DNA from: Rhodobacterales bacterium
GTDB taxonomy: Bacteria; Pseudomonadota; Alphaproteobacteria; Rhodobacterales; CAZPXZ01
Length of the DNA stretch: 64,000 nucleotides
NCBI GenBank assembly: GCA_965221505.1
Contig: CBDCSI010000002.1
Span: 1,610,052-1,674,051, forward strand
Direction of reading: 5' to 3'
Part shown: piece after piece, positions 45,792 through 55,043 of the stretch
Layout: every line of letters begins with the position of its first letter
How positions within the stretch are numbered: the first letter of the stretch is position 1
The notes under the pieces: generated by a model
Database searches by the model: none
The model's input: the letters and a program-made list of their open reading frames with translations, nothing else
What the model was told of the DNA's origin: nothing
Translations under genes and position numbers: made by a program

Positions 45792-45838
45792 CGGCGCCGC
45801 ACGAATCCGGTGTGCCGGGGATTCCGGTCGGCATCCCG

Positions 45839-46351
45839 ATGGGCAAGATCCGGCTGATCGACGAGTTGCTGCTGCCCCGGGTCGACATCTTTCTCAGCGC
45901 GCCGCTCACCGCGCTCGTGCCGGTGCTCATGGTGCTGTTCGGATTCGGCCTGAAGTCGATCGTCGTCACCACCGCGCTGTTCGCGATCCGGATCGTCGTC
46001 CTGAACGCGCGCGCCGGCGTGATGCAGATCAACCGTTCGCTGGTCGAGACGGCGCGGAGCTTCGGCGCGCCGCCGTGGGCCGCGTTCGTCAAGGTCTACT
46101 TCTGGGCGGCGCTGCCGGAGATTCTGGGCGGCGTGCGGATCGGCGCGATTCGGGCGGTCAAGGGCGTGATCATCGGCCAGCTATTGATTTCGATCGTGGG
46201 CTTCGGGGCGTTGTTCGAGCTGTATTCGGCCAATTTCCTGATGTCGCATTTCTGGGCGGTGCTGGTCGTGTTGTTCGCGCTGGCCTTCACCATCTCGGAA
46301 TTGCTGGCCGCCCTCGAACGCCGGGTGTCGTATTACGCCGCGTCGCGGTAG
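45839..46351 (+). CDS. ABC transporter permease (NitT/TauT, SsuC-like), N-terminally truncated and orphan; possibly a pseudogene.
   Basis: The 170-aa product covers only about the C-terminal two thirds of such permeases, including the EAA-loop region ETARSFGAPPWAAFVKVYFWAALPEILGG. No cognate ATPase or substrate-binding gene is adjacent. Confidence 0.6.
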   Translation: MGKIRLIDELLLPRVDIFLSAPLTALVPVLMVLFGFGLKSIVVTTALFAIRIVVLNARAGVMQINRSLVETARSFGAPPWAAFVKVYFWAALPEILGGVRIGAIRAVKGVIIGQLLISIVGFGALFELYSANFLMSHFWAVLVVLFALAFTISELLAALERRVSYYAASR

Positions 46352-46508
46352 CCGGCCTCGGGGCGCGGCATTGCGGGGCGGCGATCGTGCGGCGCGCCAT
46401 GCGGGCGCCGCCTTGTGACCGCAGGCGCTCGCGCTCGCGCGCGTTCGGGACTTGCGTGTCCTGGCCCGATGCGTCGGCTCTCGCCCGCGGTCGGCAGGAG
46501 GTCCGAGG

Positions 46509-47462
46509 TCAGCTCCGTCCGCGGTTCTTGAGCGCGTCGAGGTAGATGGCGAAGAAAATGAGCGCGCCGACGACGAAGGGATAGACGAAGGGCGAAACTC
46601 CGCGCGTGCCGAGGCCGTTGTTGATCACGATCAGCAGCAGCACCCCGGCGAGCGTGCCCGGAAAGACGTTTCCTCGCCCGCCGAAGAGGCTGGCGCCGCC
46701 GATCACGACCGCGGCGACCGCCTGGAACTCCATTCCGCGGCCGGTAAACGTCGTAATCTCCCCGAGATACGCCGCCAGCAGCGTTCCGCTCGCTGCCGCG
46801 GAAACCCCGCAGAGGGCGTAGGCCGCGAGCTTGGCAGGGCGAACGGGCACCCCGATCATGCGCGCGGCGTCCTCGTTGTTGCCGATCGCCAGCCAGAACG
46901 TGCCGAGTTTGGTGCCTCGCAGAATCTGCTGATAGAGGAGAACGATCGCGAGCGCGACCAGAAAGATGGCCGGGATCGTATCCAGAAGCTTGACGCTGCC
47001 GAGCGCGGCGAGCTCCGCTCCGGTCTGCTTTACCGTGCCTTCCGTGAAGACGAGCGCCACGCCGCGGTAGGCGATCATGAGGCCGAGCGTGGTCAGGAGC
47101 GAGTTCATTCCCAGGTAGGCCACGAGCCAGCCGTTGAAGAGGCCGACGAGCAGTCCGACGCCGAGCGCGGCGACGATCGATACGCCTGCGTGCATGTCGG
47201 CCGTAAGGTATACGACCGTCGCCGCGACATAGGCGATCGATCCGATCGACAGGTCGATCTCGCCGTTGATCAATACGAGCGTCAGCCCCGCGGCGGCGGA
47301 GAGCAAGAACGTCGAGGCGATCGCGATCTGGGCCCAGTTGGAGATCGTGAGGAACGAGTTCGAGACGAAGGCGAAGAGTACCACGACGGACAGGAGCAGC
47401 AGGTAGAACCCGTACTCCATGCCGAACGCCCGAGCCTGGGAGAGGTTGTCACGCATGCGCAT
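46509..47462 (-). CDS. Sugar ABC transporter permease (RbsC-like).
   Basis: This 317-aa polytopic protein overlaps the ATPase gene's end by 14 nt. Confidence 0.9.
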   Translation of the reverse strand: MRMRDNLSQARAFGMEYGFYLLLLSVVVLFAFVSNSFLTISNWAQIAIASTFLLSAAAGLTLVLINGEIDLSIGSIAYVAATVVYLTADMHAGVSIVAALGVGLLVGLFNGWLVAYLGMNSLLTTLGLMIAYRGVALVFTEGTVKQTGAELAALGSVKLLDTIPAIFLVALAIVLLYQQILRGTKLGTFWLAIGNNEDAARMIGVPVRPAKLAAYALCGVSAAASGTLLAAYLGEITTFTGRGMEFQAVAAVVIGGASLFGGRGNVFPGTLAGVLLLIVINNGLGTRGVSPFVYPFVVGALIFFAIYLDALKNRGRS

Positions 47463-48957
47463 CGACGGCTCCCATCGCTTGGGCCATGAGCGCCGCTTCC
47501 GTGATGTCGTCCCCGGTTATCTCGGCTGCGGTCGTCCCGTCGCGCAGCACCGCCACGCGATCGGCGAGCGCCACCATCTCCTGGATCTCCGAGGTGACGA
47601 GCAGGACCGACGTGCCGGCTTCCGCGAGAGAGCGGACGAGATCCCCGATCTCGCGCTTTGCGCCCACGTCCACGCCGCGGGTGGGCTCGTCGAGGATCAT
47701 GATCTCGGGACGCCGGTGGAGCCACTTCGCGAAGACGACCTTTTGCTGGTTGCCGCCCGAGAGGTGCTCGGCCCGCGTGTCGTGGCTCGGCGTCGCGATT
47801 CCGATTCGCTCGATCATGGATTTTGCGGTCCCGATCTCGGCGGCATTGTCGAGAATCCTCATCCGTCCGCGCGCGTACTCCTCGAGCGTCGTGGCCGAGA
47901 CGTTCTTCCAGACCGCCTCGTCCAGGAAGAGCCCGTCGGTGCGGCGGCTCTCGGTCACGTAGGCGGTGCGGGCGAGGAGCTCGTCGTGACCGATCTCCAC
48001 GGCGCCCGCGTCGTCGTGCAGGGTCATCCGCCCGCCGTCCATCGGGTCGAGCCCCAGAATCGAACGGATGAGCTCCGTGCGGCCCGAGCCCATGAGGCCC
48101 CAGAGGCCCAGCACTTCGCCTCGTCGCATCTCGAGGGTGCAGTCTCTCAGGACGCCGTCGCGTTCGATGCCGTCGAGAGCGAGAAACGTCCCCTGTCCCT
48201 GCCGTCGAGAGCGCGCTTCGGGAGCCGTCACGGCCCGTCCCACGACCGTTTCGACGATCTGGCTGCGGTTCGTGTCCGAGACCCGGCCGGATCCCACGAG
48301 CCTGCCGTTGCGGAGCACGACGTAGCTGTCGCAGAGGGCCTCGATCTCGTCGAGAAAGTGGCTGATGTAGATGACCGCCTTGTTTTCCGATCGGAGCCTG
48401 CGGACGATGGCGAAGAGCGCATCCTTCTCCGCGATCGACAGCGACGACGAGGGTTCGTCGAAGATCACGATGTCGGCCCCCTGGGCCACCGCCCTCGCGA
48501 TCTCCACCACCTGCTTCTCGCCCACGGAAAGCGTCTCCATTCGTGCCGTGGGGCGGATCGAGGACCCGAGCTGGTCGAGCGCGGCCTGCGCCCGGGTCCG
48601 GGCGGCGCGCTTGTCGACGGAGAACGGCAGCCTGCCGGAGGGCAAGTGCGAGACGAACATGTTCTCGGCGACGGTGAGCGTCGGAAAGTTGAGAAGCTCC
48701 TGATGGATGAAGGCGATTCCCGCGTTCTCGGCGTCGATCGGGCGATGGAGGTCCACGCGCTGCCCGTCGATTTCGACATGCCCGCCGTCCGGGCGGCAGA
48801 TGCCGCCGAGCACGTTCATCAGCGTGGACTTTCCCGCGCCGTTGACGCCGACGAGGCCCAGCACCTCGCCGGCACGGACCGTGATCGAGACGTCGTCGAG
48901 GGCCTTCACGCCGGGGAAGACCTTGGTCACCCGCTCCATGTGGAGTTTCGCCGTCAT
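47449..48957 (-). CDS. Sugar ABC transporter ATP-binding protein with duplicated ATP-binding domains (RbsA-like).
   Basis: ORF 47449..49647 was trimmed to the ATG at 48957 (ATGA overlap). It has two nucleotide-binding domains, with GVNGAGKST and LSVGEKQ in the first and GLMGSGRT and LSGGNQQK in the second. Confidence 0.92.
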   Translation of the reverse strand: MTAKLHMERVTKVFPGVKALDDVSITVRAGEVLGLVGVNGAGKSTLMNVLGGICRPDGGHVEIDGQRVDLHRPIDAENAGIAFIHQELLNFPTLTVAENMFVSHLPSGRLPFSVDKRAARTRAQAALDQLGSSIRPTARMETLSVGEKQVVEIARAVAQGADIVIFDEPSSSLSIAEKDALFAIVRRLRSENKAVIYISHFLDEIEALCDSYVVLRNGRLVGSGRVSDTNRSQIVETVVGRAVTAPEARSRRQGQGTFLALDGIERDGVLRDCTLEMRRGEVLGLWGLMGSGRTELIRSILGLDPMDGGRMTLHDDAGAVEIGHDELLARTAYVTESRRTDGLFLDEAVWKNVSATTLEEYARGRMRILDNAAEIGTAKSMIERIGIATPSHDTRAEHLSGGNQQKVVFAKWLHRRPEIMILDEPTRGVDVGAKREIGDLVRSLAEAGTSVLLVTSEIQEMVALADRVAVLRDGTTAAEITGDDITEAALMAQAMGAVDAHA

Positions 48958-49976
48958 CTCGACCTCCAGACGTAGAGCCCGACGACCGCGACCAGCACGG
49001 AGCCCTTGATGACCATGGCGACGAACGGGGAGACCCCGAGGAGGTTGAAGACGTTCGAGAGCATCGTGAGCAGCAGGAGCCCCAACATCGTGCCGAGGAT
49101 CGATCCCTTGCCGCCCTTGAGGCTGGCGCCGCCGATCACGGTGGCGGCGATGATGTCCATGAGTCTCACGTCGCGCACCATGGCCGACGTTGCGGTGCCG
49201 AGGTCGGCGGTCAGAATGATCGCGGTGATCCCCGCCATCAGCCCGGCGACCACGTAGGTCGAGAACACGACCCGACGAGTCCGGATCCCGGAGACGCGCG
49301 CGGTCGCCTCGTTGGCGCCGGTAAGGTAGACCCGGCGGCCGTGCAGCGTCCGAGACAGTACGACGCCCAGGATCGTCGCGACCGCCAACACGGCAAGGCC
49401 GGCGACGGGGATGCCCACCGGCCGGGCGCTGACGCCCCAGGTCATGGGCAGAATTCGGGCCGAGAAGACGTCGATGAAGGCGTCCGGCAGGCCGTAGACG
49501 CTCTGGGCCTCGGTAAACCAGATGGCGAAGCCCTCGGCGAGGACCATCGTGCTCAAGGTCACGATGAAGGGGATCATCCTGAGATACGCGACCGCGATCC
49601 CGTTGACCGCCCCGAACGCGACGCCGATCGCGAGCATGAGAGCGCATCCGAGCAGCGTGGACTCGGTCGCCACCATCGCCGTGGCGCCGACCACGGACGC
49701 CGCGGAGACTACGGTGTAGCTAGAGAGGTCGATTCCGCCTCCGACCATCACGAAGGTCATTCCGATGCAGAGGAAACCGAGGAATCCGAGCTGCCCGAAG
49801 ATGTTCATGACGTTGCGAAGGTCGGCGAAGTTCGGCACCGTAAGCGCGAATACGATCGCCGTCACGACGGCCAGCGCCAGCAAGAGCGCCGGACTGTCGC
49901 CATGCCGGTGCCAGAAACGCAAGCCGCCGCCTTCGCGGGACGGGAACGGCTGCGACGCGTCCGCCATGTCCGTCAC
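48954..49976 (-). CDS. Sugar ABC transporter permease (RbsC-like).
   Basis: This is a 340-aa polytopic protein. Confidence 0.9.
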   Translation of the reverse strand: MTDMADASQPFPSREGGGLRFWHRHGDSPALLLALAVVTAIVFALTVPNFADLRNVMNIFGQLGFLGFLCIGMTFVMVGGGIDLSSYTVVSAASVVGATAMVATESTLLGCALMLAIGVAFGAVNGIAVAYLRMIPFIVTLSTMVLAEGFAIWFTEAQSVYGLPDAFIDVFSARILPMTWGVSARPVGIPVAGLAVLAVATILGVVLSRTLHGRRVYLTGANEATARVSGIRTRRVVFSTYVVAGLMAGITAIILTADLGTATSAMVRDVRLMDIIAATVIGGASLKGGKGSILGTMLGLLLLTMLSNVFNLLGVSPFVAMVIKGSVLVAVVGLYVWRSR

Positions 49977-50027
49977 GAGGAAGGGGCGGCGCGTCGCGCC
50001 GCCCCTCGTCCCGGTTGCCCGGTCAGA

Positions 50028-51023
50028 TCAGGTCGCCCACAGTTGCGCCTGCATTTCGGGGTCGTCGACGTTGTCCGGGGTGAAGACCGGGCCCTGGATG
50101 AGCACGTCGCCGTCGAACGTCTCGCCCGCCGCGAGGCGTGGCATGATCTCGACCGCGGTGCGGCACATGCCGGTCACGTCGAAAATGGTGTCGGCGTCGA
50201 GGTGCCTCGACCGCAGGAGTTCGAGGCCGATGGGGAACACGTCCACGCTGGACAGGTAGACGTGGTTCGGATCGCCGTGCGGCGCCCACTTGCCCGCATC
50301 CTGCATGACCTGGCGCACGCCCGACATCATGACGTCCGAGGCGACGGAGACGTGGTTGATGTTCGGATAGGCCTTCAGCGCCGGAGCGAGCGCGGCGGCG
50401 GCTTGCTGCGGGTCCCAGTTGGCGACGAGGTCCTGCGCAATGCTCGCGCCGTAGGCGTCGCACGCCTCCTGCAGGCCCACGCCTCGCAGGCGCGAGTTCT
50501 CGTCCCGGATGTCCCCCGATACCCAGAGCACCTCGCCGATTTCGGCCCCGTCGGCCTGCATCAGTTCGAACACCGTGCTGGCGGAGGAGAGCTGTTGGTA
50601 CTTCGCGTCGATGCCGACGAAGACGTCCGCCTGGTGCCTGGCGTCGGCGTGGACCTGGCGCAGGAAAGCCATCGACGGGATGCCTGCGTCCCGGGCGCGC
50701 TTGACCGAAGACGAGATCGCCTTGGAGTCGATCGGGAACACCAGCAACAGGTCGACGCCCCGGCTGATCAGGTCGTTGGCGTCGCTCGCCTGTTTGGCGA
50801 CGTCCATGTCGGCGGCGGTGAAGACCAGTTCGATCTCGGTCGGCGCGGCGGCGGCGAACTCGTTCAGGAGCTTGTGGCTGGTGGACCAGACGGCGTCCTG
50901 CATGCCCGGCCAGGCCATGCCGACGGTAATCTTGCCCTGCGCTCGCACTACGTTGGGCGCAGCCAGCGCGGCCCCGGCAACGGCCGTGGTCGCCATGAAA
51001 CTGCGGCGTGTCAGAGTTGTCAC
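50028..51023 (-). CDS. Sugar ABC transporter periplasmic binding protein (RbsB-like fold) with a Tat-like signal.
   Basis: ORF 50028..51287 was trimmed to the GTG at 51023, which follows a GGGAGA ribosome-binding site. It has the signal VTTLTRRSFMATTAVAGAALAAPNVVRA. Confidence 0.82.
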   Translation of the reverse strand: MTTLTRRSFMATTAVAGAALAAPNVVRAQGKITVGMAWPGMQDAVWSTSHKLLNEFAAAAPTEIELVFTAADMDVAKQASDANDLISRGVDLLLVFPIDSKAISSSVKRARDAGIPSMAFLRQVHADARHQADVFVGIDAKYQQLSSASTVFELMQADGAEIGEVLWVSGDIRDENSRLRGVGLQEACDAYGASIAQDLVANWDPQQAAAALAPALKAYPNINHVSVASDVMMSGVRQVMQDAGKWAPHGDPNHVYLSSVDVFPIGLELLRSRHLDADTIFDVTGMCRTAVEIMPRLAAGETFDGDVLIQGPVFTPDNVDDPEMQAQLWAT

Positions 51024-51634
51024 GATAGTCTCCCTTCTTTCAACTTGACGTATGGAATGCTCTTTGCCGATCGCGTCATGGCGATCAGGATTCGAGGGAT
51101 AACGCAACCGGTCGCTCGCATCAAGTTGCGTAGCGGCGACCCGACCGCCGAATTGAGGCCCCGGGGGCCGGAATCCCGGCCTTTCGGCAGCCGTTCCGGT
51201 GCGAGCCGGAGCGCATGCCGGCCGGACGGCGCCCGGAGGGCACGCGAGGGAATTCGATGCGGAGCTGCAGGTTGAGGGGACGGGCATCGACCGTTCGAGC
51301 GCCCGCGACGATCCGCCGCCGCCGGGCCGTACGCCGCCTTGGGCGTGTCAAATTAATCCGTTTTTCTATCGTTCCCGGTACGCGCTTCGGCTCGCGCAAG
51401 GCGGGTGACGCGTTTCGAAGGGCGTTCGCGACGGCCGTTCGAAGCGGCCTACGGAGATCGCAAGATCAAGGGACGGAACGGCGTCGGCGTTCGTCGGACT
51501 GGCGCTCCCGTCGAGGGATTCCCTCGCTGCGTCGTGCCGAATTCGACCGAAGCCGGCGGCCGCAGACCTGCGAGCGTCCGGCATCCCCTGGAGAGGGCGG
51601 TTCGCGGCGTTCGAGCGCGAGGGCTCGCGGTCCG

Positions 51635-54082
51635 TTACGACTTCGCCCGCACCATGTCCGGGTCGTAGAGCGGTGTGAGATGCACCTCGCAGGGGACGCG
51701 GTCGCCGGCCGCTTCCAGCTCGTAGGCCGCTCCGAGCACGTAGTCGCGGTCCACGCCGCCGGCGTTTCGAACGTAACCGAGTCCGATGCTGCGACCGACC
51801 GTATGGCCGAAGCCGGCCGAACTCAGGTAGCCGACCCGGTCTCCGTTTCGAAAGATCGTCTCTCCGCCGTGGAGCACGACCTCCGGCGCCGCCGAGAAAG
51901 TGGCCAACATTCGCCGGACGCCGTGCGAACGCTGGCGTTCCGCCGCCTTGCGCCCCCGGAAGTCGACGTCCTTGCCTAGCTTCACCGCCCAGCCGAGCCC
52001 GGCTTCCTCGGGCGTGTAGTCGGGTCCGATGTCGCTCGGCCAGGCCCGGTACCCCTTCTCGAGGCGGAGGGTCTCGATGGCGCGGTAACCGGCGTTTTGC
52101 AGGCCGAACTCCTTGCCGGCGGCGGCGATCGCGGCATGAACCGCGACGGCGCCCTCGACCGGCACGTGCAGCTCCCAGCCGAGTTCGCCCACATAGGTGA
52201 TTCGGAGCGCCCGCACCGGAGAGCCGGCGATACCGATCGTCCGTGCGGTGGCGAAGGGAAACGCGTCCGAGCTCACGTCGTCGATCGTCGCTCGCTGCAG
52301 GATATTGCGGGCTTCCGGCCCGAAGAGCGACAGGACCGCCCAGGCGCCGGTTACGTCGAAGAGTTCCGCGCGCATGCCCGTCGGGACATTCCGGGCGATA
52401 TGCATGAAATCATGGGTGGCGAAACCGGTTCCGGTCACGACGTAGTAGCTGTCCCAGTCGGTCCGGACGCAGGTGAGATCGCATTCGATGCCGCCCCGGT
52501 CGTTCAGCATCTGGGTATAGACGATGCGTCCGACCGGCCGGTCCACGTCGTTTGCGGCGATCCAGCCGAGCGCGGCCGCGGCGTCCGGTCCCTTCAGGAC
52601 GAACTTCGCGAAGGAAGTCTGGTCGAAGAGAGCCGCCCGCTCGCGCGCCGCCGCGTGTTCCCGTCCGACCGCTTCATGCCAGTTGGGCCGTCCGAAGGTG
52701 TAGACGTCCCGCGCCGCTTCGCCGGGCACGGCGTACCAGTTGGGCCTCTCCCAGCCCAGCTTCTCGCCGAACACCGCACCCGCCGCCGCCAGCGTCGAAT
52801 AGAGCGGCGAGCGCCGGACCGGACGCGCGCTCTCGTACTCTTCCGACGGCCACGCCATCGTGTAGTGCCGTCCGTAGGCTTCGTAGGTCCGCTTCCGGAT
52901 CCAGTCGGTGTCCTGGTGCGGCTGGCCGAAGCGGCGAATGTCCACGGACCAGAGGTCGTAGGGCGGCGCCCCGTCGGCGACCCATTCTGCGAGCGCCATG
53001 CCGGCGCCGCCGCCCGACGCGATACCGAACGCGTTGAATCCAGCGCCGACGAAGAACCCCCGGCACTCGGGCGCTTCGCCAAGGACGAAGTTTCCGTCGG
53101 GAGTGAAACTCTCGGCGCCGGCAATCAGTTGCTTGACGCCCGCGCCCTCGAGCGCCGGCACGCGGCCCATCGCCATCTTCAGCAAGGGCTCGAAATGGTC
53201 GAAGTCCGAATCCAGCAGCGAGAACTCCGCGTGGGCCGGCAGGCGCGAGGGCTCCCACTCGAGCGGATTCGGCTCGTAGCCGCCCATCGCCAGGCCGCCG
53301 ACCTCTTCCTTGTAGTAGGTGAGGCGGTCCGGATCGCGCAGCGTCGGGAGGTCGGGCCTGACCCCTTCGATCGCCTCGGTGACCAGATACTGGTGCTGCA
53401 GCGAAGCGAGGGGCACGTTGACGCCGGCGCGCGCGGCAAATTCGCGGGTCCATTGACCGCAGCAGGCGACGACCGCCCCGCAGGCGATCCGCCCCTGGCT
53501 CGTTTCGACCGCTGCGACGGTGCCGTTTCGAATCTCGACCCGCTCGGCCTCCGCGCCCTCGAGGACGAGGGCCCCGGCCTTGCGGGCGCCGGCGGCGAGG
53601 GCACGGGCGATGTCGGACGGGTTGGCCTGGCCGTCGGTCGGCAGGAACGCCGCGCCGACGACGTCGTCGACCCGCATGAGAGGCCAGAGTTCCTGCGCCT
53701 CCGCCGCGCTCAGCAACCGCATGTCGAGGCCGAAGGACCGTGCGGTCGTCGCCTGGCGCCGGACCTCGGTCCAGCGTTCGGCGTTGCATGCGAGGCGCAG
53801 TCCGCCGTTCATCTTCCAGCCGGTCGCCTGTCCGGTCTCCGCCTCCAGCCGGTCGTAGAGGTCGATCGAATAGCCGAGGAGCCGGGTGACGTTCGCGCTG
53901 GAGCGCAGCTGTCCCACCAGCCCGGCGGCATGGAACGTGGTGCCCGAGGTCAACCGGTTGCGCTCGAGAAGGACCGTGTCCAGACCGCGCTTGGCGAGGT
54001 GGTATGCGGTCGAGCAACCGACAATGCCGCCGCCGACGACGACGGCGCGGGCGGAATCGGGAAGATCGGTCATGGCGTTCAC
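51635..54082 (-). CDS. FAD-dependent oxidoreductase fused to a GcvT domain (dimethylglycine/sarcosine dehydrogenase-like); paralog of 27278..29728.
   Basis: This 815-aa protein has the FAD-binding motif VVVGGGIVGCSTAYHL and a C-terminal GcvT-like region (ITYVGELGWELHVP). Confidence 0.9.
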   Translation of the reverse strand: MNAMTDLPDSARAVVVGGGIVGCSTAYHLAKRGLDTVLLERNRLTSGTTFHAAGLVGQLRSSANVTRLLGYSIDLYDRLEAETGQATGWKMNGGLRLACNAERWTEVRRQATTARSFGLDMRLLSAAEAQELWPLMRVDDVVGAAFLPTDGQANPSDIARALAAGARKAGALVLEGAEAERVEIRNGTVAAVETSQGRIACGAVVACCGQWTREFAARAGVNVPLASLQHQYLVTEAIEGVRPDLPTLRDPDRLTYYKEEVGGLAMGGYEPNPLEWEPSRLPAHAEFSLLDSDFDHFEPLLKMAMGRVPALEGAGVKQLIAGAESFTPDGNFVLGEAPECRGFFVGAGFNAFGIASGGGAGMALAEWVADGAPPYDLWSVDIRRFGQPHQDTDWIRKRTYEAYGRHYTMAWPSEEYESARPVRRSPLYSTLAAAGAVFGEKLGWERPNWYAVPGEAARDVYTFGRPNWHEAVGREHAAARERAALFDQTSFAKFVLKGPDAAAALGWIAANDVDRPVGRIVYTQMLNDRGGIECDLTCVRTDWDSYYVVTGTGFATHDFMHIARNVPTGMRAELFDVTGAWAVLSLFGPEARNILQRATIDDVSSDAFPFATARTIGIAGSPVRALRITYVGELGWELHVPVEGAVAVHAAIAAAGKEFGLQNAGYRAIETLRLEKGYRAWPSDIGPDYTPEEAGLGWAVKLGKDVDFRGRKAAERQRSHGVRRMLATFSAAPEVVLHGGETIFRNGDRVGYLSSAGFGHTVGRSIGLGYVRNAGGVDRDYVLGAAYELEAAGDRVPCEVHLTPLYDPDMVRAKS

Positions 54083-54146
54083 TCCGGCGCGGTCCGGCGT
54101 ATCGGCGGGCCGATCTCCCGGTGCGCGATCGGACGGCGGCCTCGGC

Positions 54147-55043
54147 TCAGGCCGGATCCCGGAGGGCTTCGAACGCGGCGTAAGCCGCTTCGAACCGCTC
54201 GAGGTTCTTGAGGGTGTAAGCCCCGTAGTCGAAATCGATCTCGGACGTCAGTTCCGAAACCATCGACCACAGGGTTTCGCGGAGAAGGGAGCCGCACTTC
54301 ATGGCGGTGTACCGATGCCACAGGGCGCCGCTCGCCGGCTCGCCGAAGTAGGTCTCCAGCATGCTCCGTTCGAGGTCCTCGGAGAGGTCGGCGTTGGTCG
54401 CGATTCCGCCGAGATCGAAGAGCGGGCTGTTGAACCCGGCGTATTCCCAGTCGACCAGCCACAACCGTTTCCCGTCGTCCAGGAAATTGGCGGGCAGCAT
54501 GTCGTTGTGTCCGAGGACCAGGTCGACCGGGCCGACCGCCTCTTCCAGCCGGTTCGCCTGCTTCAGCAGTCCGGCCAGACGCGGCGTGTGACGGGAGCCG
54601 CGCTCCTGGAGAAACCCCGCATAGACGTTGGCGACGTGAAATGCCCAGAAGGCGAGGGCCGCCCCCCGAAGCCGGGCCGCGGCCTTCTCGTGGACTGCGC
54701 GGGTCAGGTCCACGACCCGGGAGAGCGTGGCCGGGTCGTGCAGGTCTCCCTCTTCCAGGGGGCGCGAGTCGACGTATTCCAGAACCAGCACCCCCGGCGC
54801 GTCGTAGTGTACGCGGGGCGCGATTCCCGCGTCATGCGCCGCGCGGCTGACCGCGACCTCGTTCCAGCGCATGATCATGTGTTCGGGAATGTCGTCGGCG
54901 ACTCTGGCGAAATACCGGTCGGCGCCGTCGGTCACCAGGAGGTTGAGGTTGGTGATCCCGCCCTCCATCAGCGAGCAGTCCGGCACGCCCTGCCAGCACG
55001 GCAGTCCCTGTACCTTCCCGATCGCGGTTTCCAGTTTGTTCAT
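54147..55043 (-). CDS. Choline/ethanolamine kinase-like (APH phosphotransferase fold) protein.
   Basis: ORF 54147..57131 was trimmed to the ATG at 55043, which overlaps the permease stop (ATGA). It has the Brenner-like motif LGHNDMLPANFL and the segment WLVDWEYAGFN. Confidence 0.82.
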   Translation of the reverse strand: MNKLETAIGKVQGLPCWQGVPDCSLMEGGITNLNLLVTDGADRYFARVADDIPEHMIMRWNEVAVSRAAHDAGIAPRVHYDAPGVLVLEYVDSRPLEEGDLHDPATLSRVVDLTRAVHEKAAARLRGAALAFWAFHVANVYAGFLQERGSRHTPRLAGLLKQANRLEEAVGPVDLVLGHNDMLPANFLDDGKRLWLVDWEYAGFNSPLFDLGGIATNADLSEDLERSMLETYFGEPASGALWHRYTAMKCGSLLRETLWSMVSELTSEIDFDYGAYTLKNLERFEAAYAAFEALRDPA

